Source: a virus. Taken from it: a DNA stretch of 64,000 bases. Under the pieces are notes generated by a model. The model ran no database searches, was not told where the DNA came from, and saw only the letters and a program-made list of their open reading frames with translations. The stretch covers positions 35,462 through 99,461 of IMG/VR virus record IMGVR_UViG_3300005689_000056. The stretch is one strand, 5' to 3'. Below are positions 56,327 to 64,000 of this stretch, in pieces. Within the stretch, counting starts at the first letter, position 1. Every line of letters starts with the position of its first letter. Both the position numbers and the translations under genes were made by a program.

Positions 56327-56980
56327 ATGGCAATTGAACAAAATTCGCAACTCGGGGTAGGCGGTACCGGGATGCATGGCGCGGGTCAGGGTTCTGCCGC
56401 TCGCATGCTCCGCGAGCTTCAGGGTCTTCGTGTCAGCATTGTGGCTGGTGGCTCGGCAAACACCAAGCTGGCACTCTCCACCATCCGCGATACCGATACC
56501 ATCATCTCAGCCCTGAACAACAACGCCGGCACCATTACCGACGTTACCGGCACCATCAGTATTGACGACCTCCGCGCGGTCGGTACGGTTACTGTCGGTA
56601 CCGCAGCAGCCAACGATACCGTGACTGTGGCGGGTTCCGTCTACATCCTCGTACCGGCCATCGAGAAGGTCGAGCAGTTCGACTACACCAAGGTCAAGGT
56701 TGGTGCGACCGCTGCGGAGACCGCCGCGAATCTCGCAGCCGCCATCAACAAGCGCGAAGGCAACCGCAGCGCCTCGCAGGTGATCGCCACGGCAGCATCC
56801 AACGTTGTTACGGTTCGTGCAGTGGCCGAGGGTACCTCGGGTAACAGCATCACACTGGCCGAGGTCGGTAGCAGCTTCACTGTTTCCGGCGCTACCCTCG
56901 CAGGCGGATCGGCGACGGGTGGTATCCGTTCCACCGGGGCCACCAATTCGGTGATCCTGTTCTGGCTCGAAAAGCCGTAA
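56327..56980 (+). CDS. Virion structural protein (decoration-like)
   Basis: GGAGGT RBS; Gly/Ala/Thr-rich beta-type sequence after the capsid gene. Confidence 0.65.
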   Translation: MAIEQNSQLGVGGTGMHGAGQGSAARMLRELQGLRVSIVAGGSANTKLALSTIRDTDTIISALNNNAGTITDVTGTISIDDLRAVGTVTVGTAAANDTVTVAGSVYILVPAIEKVEQFDYTKVKVGATAAETAANLAAAINKREGNRSASQVIATAASNVVTVRAVAEGTSGNSITLAEVGSSFTVSGATLAGGSATGGIRSTGATNSVILFWLEKP

Positions 56981-57013
56981 TTGCAATCGATTTCAAATCG
57001 GTAGGAGAGAATC

Positions 57014-57490
57014 ATGGGTGCAAAAGTTAAGGTGGTTTTGCTTGGTGCAGGTCGTTGTATGACTCCGGCCAGTGGTTCGGATGTTATCGAGCGCGGTGGT
57101 TCGTTCTTCGTTACGGAAGAGCAGTACGAAACGATGAAAGACCTTACCGGCGTTGATCGTCGTGGTGCTCCGTGCCCCATGTACGAACGTGCCGAATCGC
57201 AAGAGCCGGAAAGCGACGCGGGTGCGGTTCTCTCCGTGGAAGAAGACAAGCCGCTGGACGTGGATGTTCCGGAAGATCTCGCAGCCCATATCGCGGGCGC
57301 CCATGATGGTGACAGCGCCGATGGTGAGGAAGGCGCTGACGAGGGTTCCCCGGAAGGCGGTAATGACGGTGACGACCCGACGAACCAACCGGAGCCCACC
57401 GAAGAAAAAGAACCCGCCGAAACCAAGAGCGAAGCAACTGCCACGGCTGCACGCGTGAGCCGCAGCCGCACCTCCGGCAAGACGAAGTAA
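57014..57490 (+). CDS. Acidic head-associated hypothetical protein
   Basis: AGGAG RBS; position in head module. Confidence 0.65.
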   Translation: MGAKVKVVLLGAGRCMTPASGSDVIERGGSFFVTEEQYETMKDLTGVDRRGAPCPMYERAESQEPESDAGAVLSVEEDKPLDVDVPEDLAAHIAGAHDGDSADGEEGADEGSPEGGNDGDDPTNQPEPTEEKEPAETKSEATATAARVSRSRTSGKTK

Positions 57491-57504
57491 GGGAGATCAG
57501 GATC

Positions 57505-58128
57505 GTGCGCCTTGCTGACCCGAAAAAAGTCCTTGCTGCCGCAGGGATCACCGAGAGCGTAGGCTCTCTTGCATCGGCGGGGCACGCTCTTGATCTGTCT
57601 TTCTCTATTGTCGAAGGTGTTCTGGAATCAAAACTGGACTACGCCTCGGTGATCGATTATTTCGATTACTGGGGCGCCAGTACTTCTGACGGCTTCCAGA
57701 TTTACGATCTGCGCCTGTGTCACAGGTTTGTAGATCCGGATAGCGTAGTTGTGCGGGTGAGTGCGGACGGTTCCTCACTCACCTCTCCCACGTCAGGAGT
57801 CATTGCGGACCCTAGCACGTACAGAGTAGATAGCGAGCGTGGCCTAGTACACCTCACCTCCCCACGGATGCGGGGTGCGTCTATGGTATCTGTGACGTAT
57901 GACTACGGATTCGCTGAAGGCATGCCTGTACCTTCGGCTCTTCAGGATGTCTGTGTTATCGCCGCAGTACTCACACTCAACAGCTTGCCTGCTACGCCGG
58001 CCAATCGCGGGGCTGCTTTGGTGGTCAACGTGCAACGTGCCATCTACGGGCACCTACGCGCCGCCGCCAGCAAGTTTGATCGCCCTCGCCTGAACGTTGA
58101 ACACTACGCCCGCACCGAGGCTCTGTAA
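57505..58128 (+). CDS. Head-tail adaptor
   Basis: YRVDSERGLV, VTYDYGF..VPSALQD. Confidence 0.7.
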   Translation: MRLADPKKVLAAAGITESVGSLASAGHALDLSFSIVEGVLESKLDYASVIDYFDYWGASTSDGFQIYDLRLCHRFVDPDSVVVRVSADGSSLTSPTSGVIADPSTYRVDSERGLVHLTSPRMRGASMVSVTYDYGFAEGMPVPSALQDVCVIAAVLTLNSLPATPANRGAALVVNVQRAIYGHLRAAASKFDRPRLNVEHYARTEAL

Positions 58129-58604
58129 TGTCGACGGTTACGGGCCACAAACGCCTAGTAGCCCGACTAAAGAGGATACGTGAGCGCCTGCCGGAGGTTT
58201 TTGACGACAGCGCTGCTAAAGCCCTCTTAATACGGCGTATGCGGGCAAGGTTTATCGCTGAGATCTCGCCTGACGGCATACCGTGGCCTGCACTAGCGGA
58301 TAGCACCATCGCCCGTAAGAAAAAGAAGGGTATAACCAACCCCGCAAAGAAGCTGATTGAGACAGGCGCAATGTATCGTGCCTTTGGTGAGATTAGCGGA
58401 CGCAACGCCGGCCTGCTGGCTATAAACACCGGTCTGGGTTTCAGGGTAGGTATCGATGATCCTGAGCTTACGATGCGGGCGAGAGTGAACAACTACGGTA
58501 GCTTCCGTGTTCCGGCACGAGAGTTCATGGGTCTAAGCGAGTCTGACGTACGGTCTTACAGAGAAGCTGTGGCGCGCAGACTGCGAAACATAGTTAGGGG
58601 GTAG
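58128..58604 (+). CDS. Virion morphogenesis (tail completion) protein
   Basis: SPDGIPWPALADST, LIETG, VPAREFMG. Confidence 0.8.
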   Translation: MSTVTGHKRLVARLKRIRERLPEVFDDSAAKALLIRRMRARFIAEISPDGIPWPALADSTIARKKKKGITNPAKKLIETGAMYRAFGEISGRNAGLLAINTGLGFRVGIDDPELTMRARVNNYGSFRVPAREFMGLSESDVRSYREAVARRLRNIVRG

Positions 58605-58605
58605 T

Positions 58606-59079
58606 ATGGCTGACAGGACGATTGCAGCGTTATCCGGCGAGCTTGTGTCTTTGGTACAGGAAGTACCTGCATTCTCGGAAGGTTGCTTTTCTGTGTTTGA
58701 CCTTTCGGACCTTAAGGTGAAGTCTAACCATCAGGCGTTCCCTGTCGTAGGGGTGAGCTTTGACGGGGCGGTACCTAACCCCGGTAATCAAGCTACACCA
58801 GCAAACAGCGCAAGTCGTAGTACGGCCTTGGTGCTTATTCAGTTCAGCGTTATACTCGGACTGCAATACAATTTCTCCGGACAGGACGACACCAAGCCTC
58901 ACGGTACGAACCTGCTGGATGATTTGCGTACAAGAATCTCAGGGTATCAAGGGGTGAATAATCGCCCGTGGGTGTGGGTGGGCGAGAAGCCGGAGGATGA
59001 CGCATCTGACGACGGCATTATTTTCTACAGCCAGACTTGGCGCACTACCGTGGCGTCAGTTGGTAAGTTCAACAGCTAG
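58606..59079 (+). CDS. Tail terminator-like protein
   Basis: Size and position before the major tail gene. Confidence 0.6.
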   Translation: MADRTIAALSGELVSLVQEVPAFSEGCFSVFDLSDLKVKSNHQAFPVVGVSFDGAVPNPGNQATPANSASRSTALVLIQFSVILGLQYNFSGQDDTKPHGTNLLDDLRTRISGYQGVNNRPWVWVGEKPEDDASDDGIIFYSQTWRTTVASVGKFNS

Positions 59080-59096
59080 ACGAAGGAGTAACACAA

Positions 59097-59849
59097 ATGG
59101 CTTTGACGAATTACTACTACTCGGGCCAAGGTAGCCTGTTCACCGCCGTGCGCGATACAGTCACCGGCAAGCCGATGGGTTTCGAGCGTCTGGGGAACAT
59201 TCCGGAGCTTTCGCTCGATATCGAGGTGACCAACTTCGAACACAAGGAATCGGAAACCGGCGCCCGGGGCCTCGACTTGATCCTGAACAAGGAACGTAAG
59301 GGTAAGTTCACTTTCAAGATCGAGTCGATCACGCTGGAAAACCTCGCCCTCGGCCTGATGGGTAACATGTCCACCGTGGCTGGCGCGTCTGTCACCGGCG
59401 AGTCTGTGAAGGTCTACCTTGGCAAGCGCACACCCCTCGCCAACCCACGTATCTCGGCTGTGACCATCAACGATGGCGTTACCCCACTCGTCGCTGGTAC
59501 CGACTACACCCTCGATCTGGCGAACGGCGTCATCATCTGGCCGGACACTCACGGCTCTCTGGTGGACGGCGACATCGTTACCGTGGACTACACCCACGGT
59601 GGTTATACCCGTCTCGACTCGTTCACCCAAGCCAGCGCCAACGAGCGTTACCTGCGTTTCGAGGGCCTGAACACCGTGGACGATTCTTTGGTGATCGTTG
59701 ACCTGTTCCGCTGCCAGTTCGACCCGCTGACCGGCTACGGCCTGATCAACGAAGAACTCGCCAGCGTGGACATCACCGGCTCTCTGCTGGCCGACCCGTT
59801 CATCACCTCCGGGTCTCGTTTCTTCATCCAGCGTAACGTGGCGGCGTAA
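59097..59849 (+). CDS. Major tail tube protein
   Basis: YYSGQG, LGNIPEL, EHKES, ENLAL, LRFEGLN; terminator follows. Confidence 0.85.
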   Translation: MALTNYYYSGQGSLFTAVRDTVTGKPMGFERLGNIPELSLDIEVTNFEHKESETGARGLDLILNKERKGKFTFKIESITLENLALGLMGNMSTVAGASVTGESVKVYLGKRTPLANPRISAVTINDGVTPLVAGTDYTLDLANGVIIWPDTHGSLVDGDIVTVDYTHGGYTRLDSFTQASANERYLRFEGLNTVDDSLVIVDLFRCQFDPLTGYGLINEELASVDITGSLLADPFITSGSRFFIQRNVAA

Positions 59850-59867
59850 CCGCCGGTATCGTCAGGG

Positions 59868-59894
59868 CGCCCCTTCGGGGGCGTTTTGTTTTTT
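59868..59894 (+). terminator. Intrinsic terminator
   Basis: CGCCCC-TTCG-GGGGCG then T tract. Confidence 0.85.
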
Positions 59895-59931
59895 GCAACC
59901 AGTTGCAATAATCTAGGTAGGGAGGTTTACT

Positions 59932-60324
59932 GTGGACCGAAATATTTACGCGTACACTGGCCCCGGGCATGACTATCCGGAGTACATCTCAATCAGCGAA
60001 GATGAAAACGGTCGCGTTCGCATCAACATGCGGAGTCGCGGGAATGGCGGTACGGACACTGCGGGTGTGCTCATGACTCGCGACAAGGCAGCGGAGTTGA
60101 GTGAAGTCCTCAGCAGCCACCTCGGTAAACCTCGTGAGTTGCCGAAGGCCCCCAGCCATCCTGATGTTCCGCGACCGTCTGACGATGAACTCGCGGAGCT
60201 TGCTTTGCAAGTGTGCTACGCCATCGAAGCGTGCGGGGCCAGTACGGAACTTACCAAGGCAGTCTGTCTCGCGAGCGACTTGCATACCTACCTGAAAAAA
60301 CCCCGTGTTGTGGAGGGCCAATAA
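59932..60324 (+). CDS. Hypothetical protein inserted in the tail module
   Basis: GGAGGT RBS before GTG. Confidence 0.65.
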   Translation: MDRNIYAYTGPGHDYPEYISISEDENGRVRINMRSRGNGGTDTAGVLMTRDKAAELSEVLSSHLGKPRELPKAPSHPDVPRPSDDELAELALQVCYAIEACGASTELTKAVCLASDLHTYLKKPRVVEGQ

Positions 60325-60325
60325 C

Positions 60326-60742
60326 ATGAGCGATACTGAAGTGAAGAACAGCGGCGACGATTTGGCAAAAGTATTCGACGTGCCGAAGGTGTTCACCTTA
60401 TCTGATGGTCGCGATGTGGTCATCTCGAAGAGCAAGCTGCGCAATCTTACGCGCATCATCAATTTTGCTCAGCGTGTGATTTCTTCGCTCACGTCGGCAG
60501 GCGTGATCGGGGTCTCGGGTACCGGCCTGAGCGTGGCAGTAAACAACCCGTCTGTGATTTTGCAATTGATTGCAGAATTCAGCGACGAGTTTTACTCGAT
60601 TGCTCAGCTTCACGTGTCGCTCAGCCTCGACGAGCTTATGGACATCGATACCGACGATGCGGTGTTGTTGTTCATCGAGATCATCAACTACAACAAACAT
60701 TTTTTCGTACAAAGGGTGGCGCCTCTTCTAAAACTACAGTAA
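60326..60742 (+). CDS. Tail assembly chaperone
   Basis: Position before tape measure; slippery T TTT TTC near the 3' end. Confidence 0.75.
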   Translation: MSDTEVKNSGDDLAKVFDVPKVFTLSDGRDVVISKSKLRNLTRIINFAQRVISSLTSAGVIGVSGTGLSVAVNNPSVILQLIAEFSDEFYSIAQLHVSLSLDELMDIDTDDAVLLFIEIINYNKHFFVQRVAPLLKLQ

Positions 60743-61035
60743 AACGTACGTTGTTCCCCGGTGGTAAAAAGCCGGGGAAGAAAGCCACCCGTTCCGTCAT
60801 AGACGATATCCACTACTTAGTAAGCCACGGTCACGACTTAGAAGCGATAGGTGATTACGACCTCGACCGCTTCGATGCATTCGTAAGTGCCGCAATGCGC
60901 CTAGACGCTGCCAAGCGCCTAGAGTATATTGATGACACCACTGTGGCAGTAGGTAGGCTGTTCGACTCAAAAGGGGAGGCCAGCAAAGAACTACTGTCAG
61001 CGCTTTCAACTATGGCAGGGTTCGAAGATGGCTGA
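60700..61035 (+). CDS. Tail assembly chaperone extension via -1 frameshift
   Basis: -1 frame is open from the slippery site to 61035; no good RBS of its own. Confidence 0.65.
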   Translation, partial: FFRTKGGASSKTTVKRTLFPGGKKPGKKATRSVIDDIHYLVSHGHDLEAIGDYDLDRFDAFVSAAMRLDAAKRLEYIDDTTVAVGRLFDSKGEASKELLSALSTMAGFEDG

Positions 61036-64000
61036 TGAGCTTCTAGCAGTAGATGTACGGGGCACAGACAACGTCTCCCCCGTACTCAAACAAATTGAGT
61101 CCGGGGTTATCCGGTTTGTGGGGGCGGTATCATCCGCCCTCACTGTTTTATCAGTCGTAGGGTTCCCAGTCGCCTCCGCAGCACAGTTCCAGAAAATGCT
61201 GCTGGAGGTGAAGAAGACTACCGACTTTACGTCTGACTCCATGCAGGTTCTGAAAGACGGACTGCTGGAGGTCTCAAAAGGCTCCAATGTCGCTCAGACA
61301 GAGCTAGCCCGTATTGCTGCCCTAGGCGGTCAGATGGGTGTGGGCGAGCAGGGGCCAGAAGCCCTCGTAGCCTTTACGGAAGAACTCTCCCGCGCTGTCA
61401 CCGCTCTGGACGTAAGTGCTGATCTTGCCGCCCCCGCGATGGGTAAGCTGGTCAATATCTTCAACCTACCTCTAGGCGAATTCCGTAACGCTGTCGCCGT
61501 TATCAACCAGTTATCCAACGTCTCCACTGCCACCGCTGAAGAGATCTTGGACGTGATGCGTCGTATCGGCGACTTGGGTGGCTCGTCTACGTTCTCGCAA
61601 TCTGCCGCGCTTTCCGCCCTAGCCATTGATATCGGTCTGACGGCAGAAACGGCAGGCACCACGATTACCAAGATCTTTGCCGACATGAAGTCGGAGGCCG
61701 CTGCGTTTGCCTCCTTCATGGGTATGTCTACTCAAGAGTGGGTTGACATTGTCGGTAACGACGCTGTGACCGGTCTGACTCTGTTCTTGCAGCAACTAAA
61801 CAGGCTACCCGCCGAAGTTGCCGCACAGTCGAAAGTCGAGCTTACGGGCGGTGGTCGTATCTTCGAATTTGTCACCAAGATGCAGAACCAGTTGCGTCAG
61901 GGTGACGGCTCGCGTATGGCTACTCTGCTTCGTGAAGCGAACGAAGAGTGGGTGCTTGGTACGTCTGCGATCAAAGAACAACAGAACGTACTGTCGGGTA
62001 CTATCGCCCAGTGGGAGATCTTCCGTAACCGTGTAAATACGACACTGATCGCGGGAGGTGACGAGGCCCTGCGCGGTATTAACGACTTGCTCGCGTCGCT
62101 AGGCGACACACTATCGGCGCCCGAGTTTGTCGAAGGCTTTGCTACTTTTGTGAGTAACGCCACCGAGGTTACGCGGGCCATCCTGACCATGATGGGGTCT
62201 GTGTCTAGTGTGCTGGGCGGTAGCGGTATTGAGTGGTCGTCAGTGTTCAATATCGCGGGTTTGCTCGTCGCCATCGGGATCATGAAGACTATCCCGGCCC
62301 TTATGGGTCTGGTAGGTCGCGCGGTCACCGGGGCGCGTAATACCCCTAGTTCTGCTGGGGGTGGGGCTGAAGAGCAGCAGATAGCCACGCAGCGTACGCT
62401 ACGCCAGCGCATCGAGGAGCGAGCACGCGCAGCAGTGGATGGCTATAGCCGCGAACAGCAGGCTATTGCTGCGACCTCGACACGTCGTAATGCCGACGCT
62501 GAGATCGCTCGCCGACAAGGCGAGCTAGCCCGCACGCAAGCCACCGCAGCAGCAGAGCATAACGTACTGCTGACTACACTGGAGAGGAACAAGGTAGCAC
62601 TCCGCTATGAGTCGCTACAAGCCACCGCACGGGCAGGACAGATCGAAGCAGCGTGGAACGCCAGACTCGCCACCCTGCAGCAGGCGAGAGTAGTTGCAGA
62701 GCAGAGGCTGGCGGCAGCTATCGCGGCTCGGGATACCGTATCTGAGAGATCCGCACGGGCGGAACTTGCGCGAGTTGGTCGGCAGGCCGGTGGGGTTAAC
62801 TCTAGCTACGCCCAGCAACTACAGCGTGAGCGTCAGCAATCACAGGCGATACTCGCGGGGATGCGTAACGATTACGGACGCACGCTGGAGGATATCCGCA
62901 CCCTGCGTCTTACTACTGGTACCCGCACCTCTATCCTTTCAGGAGAGATTGAGTCGTTCCAGCGTGATCGCGAACGGTTGCTCGCAGAAGTAGCTGCACT
63001 TCAGACCCAGACCAGCCGTAGTCGTCTGTTTACCGGCATGGAGTCGGCTGGTCGGGTCATGATGACCGGACTTATCGGTACCGTGACGGCGGGTATGCGA
63101 GTGATCAACGCTGTGAGTTTGCAATCGTTTGCAAATATGCAGACTAGCGGCACAAGCACTTTCCGCAGCATCGCCACACAAGCTACTGCTATGTCGGTTG
63201 CGGTACGCAACGCGTTCGCATCCATGGCCGGCATCGCCATACCTGCTGGGGCGAGTTTGGGTTTCGTCGGTAACGCTGCGGTAGTTGCGTCTGGCGGCAT
63301 AGCGGCACTAGCGCGAGGGGCTATCCTACTACGCGCAGGGTTGACTGGCCTGATGACTCTTGTAAGCCGGCTCTTCTACCTTTTTATCCTGATCGACATC
63401 GCTAAGATGGCTTTGCAGTTCCTCGGGGTAATGGATGATGTAGAGGCGCTGGTTGATAGCGTGATCGGTAAGTTCAACAAACTGACCGGGCTCAAGATTC
63501 CAAAGTTCTCTGATGCACGTGAGAGTGCGGCGGAAGCACGACAGCTTGAGCAGCAGATTCGCAATCGTGAGCGTCTGTACGCACAGGCGGAGGCTTTCGG
63601 TAAGCGTTTTGGCGAGATCCGCCCAGTAGCAGATATCGAACAAGAACCGTTCAACACGGGTCTTACTGATATGGCGAAGCGGCTAGATACGTTCATCGCT
63701 ACTATCGAGAAAGGTATTCAGTTTGGTGGTAGCGACGAGCTTGTGCCGGCAGAGGCTTTCCTGCAAGGCGCAGACGCCATCCGCACTATCGAGCAGCAGA
63801 TCACCGCCCTTACTGAGCGGCAGCGTGAGCTTAACGAAGAGCAGCAGCGCTCTAGCCAGACGGCAACGTATGACCCCCTCGCGCTGGCTCAGCTTGAGCG
63901 AGCAGCGGCTATCAACGCGCTGGAGGTAGATCAGCAGAAAGAGCTTGAGCGACTGCAAAAAGCCAAAGCTGCTGACGAGAAGGAATACATCGCTCGTCAG
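61028..64000 (+). CDS. Tape measure protein, 3'-truncated
   Basis: ATG 61028 MADELLAVDVRGTDNVS..ELARIAALGGQMG; Ala-rich helical frame running off the window, so absent from the ORF track. Confidence 0.9.
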   Translation, partial: MADELLAVDVRGTDNVSPVLKQIESGVIRFVGAVSSALTVLSVVGFPVASAAQFQKMLLEVKKTTDFTSDSMQVLKDGLLEVSKGSNVAQTELARIAALGGQMGVGEQGPEALVAFTEELSRAVTALDVSADLAAPAMGKLVNIFNLPLGEFRNAVAVINQLSNVSTATAEEILDVMRRIGDLGGSSTFSQSAALSALAIDIGLTAETAGTTITKIFADMKSEAAAFASFMGMSTQEWVDIVGNDAVTGLTLFLQQLNRLPAEVAAQSKVELTGGGRIFEFVTKMQNQLRQGDGSRMATLLREANEEWVLGTSAIKEQQNVLSGTIAQWEIFRNRVNTTLIAGGDEALRGINDLLASLGDTLSAPEFVEGFATFVSNATEVTRAILTMMGSVSSVLGGSGIEWSSVFNIAGLLVAIGIMKTIPALMGLVGRAVTGARNTPSSAGGGAEEQQIATQRTLRQRIEERARAAVDGYSREQQAIAATSTRRNADAEIARRQGELARTQATAAAEHNVLLTTLERNKVALRYESLQATARAGQIEAAWNARLATLQQARVVAEQRLAAAIAARDTVSERSARAELARVGRQAGGVNSSYAQQLQRERQQSQAILAGMRNDYGRTLEDIRTLRLTTGTRTSILSGEIESFQRDRERLLAEVAALQTQTSRSRLFTGMESAGRVMMTGLIGTVTAGMRVINAVSLQSFANMQTSGTSTFRSIATQATAMSVAVRNAFASMAGIAIPAGASLGFVGNAAVVASGGIAALARGAILLRAGLTGLMTLVSRLFYLFILIDIAKMALQFLGVMDDVEALVDSVIGKFNKLTGLKIPKFSDARESAAEARQLEQQIRNRERLYAQAEAFGKRFGEIRPVADIEQEPFNTGLTDMAKRLDTFIATIEKGIQFGGSDELVPAEAFLQGADAIRTIEQQITALTERQRELNEEQQRSSQTATYDPLALAQLERAAAINALEVDQQKELERLQKAKAADEKEYIARQ

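Larger units (their letters stand above)
137..63134. repeat. Dispersed 16-bp palindrome, consensus TTGCAATCGATTGCAA, at least 28 copies
   Basis: Starts: 137, 2673, 5711, 8877, 12519, 13941, 16824, 18184, 23100, 25900, 28888, 32405, 35849, 36884, 39224, 40390, 41560, 42113, 43759, 46660, 49011, 51266, 53345, 54347, 56981, 59893, 60560, 63119. Confidence 0.95.

Noticed and set aside
137-63134. Palindrome as a ClaI-type ATCGAT restriction or methylation site
   Set aside because: The centre varies (ATTGAT, CTCGAT, ACCGAT, ACCAGT, ATCGTT) while the outer arms are conserved
1-64000. Integrase, repressor switch, transposase or reverse transcriptase
   Set aside because: No supporting motifs seen; lifestyle and host cannot be determined from this window

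Overview
This is a 64 kb internal segment of a tailed dsDNA phage (siphovirus-type tail genes), and every credible gene is on the + strand. 1-14 kb holds replication and recombination genes: a partial initiator-like gene, DnaB helicase, a UDG-fused family A polymerase, primase, an SSB-like protein, an SF2 helicase, RecA, Hjc-like, Cas4-like and RuvC-like nucleases. 14-22 kb holds a charged low-complexity protein, a ParB/ParB-methyltransferase/CmoA-like cassette, TerS and an intein-containing TerL. 22-51 kb holds about 70 small accessory genes, many with their own promoter/RBS leader, two candidate structured RNAs and a motif-dense non-coding region at 39.7-43.8 kb that may contain the origin or genome ends. 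51-64 kb holds head and tail genes up to a truncated tape measure. No integrase, complete tRNA or CRISPR array was seen. Strongest unexplained signals: (1) a 16-bp palindrome TTGCAATCGATTGCAA present at least 28 times at fairly even spacing, inside and between genes; (2) a 1.29 kb operon with no CTG or GTG on the + strand, beside tracts saturated with those triplets; (3) a coiled-coil gene followed by a ~280-nt closed RNA with YAAG repeats and an anticodon-like stem-loop; (4) an RVRRVR peptide shared by many unrelated proteins. Product calls come from motif recognition by eye, and all counts are manual.
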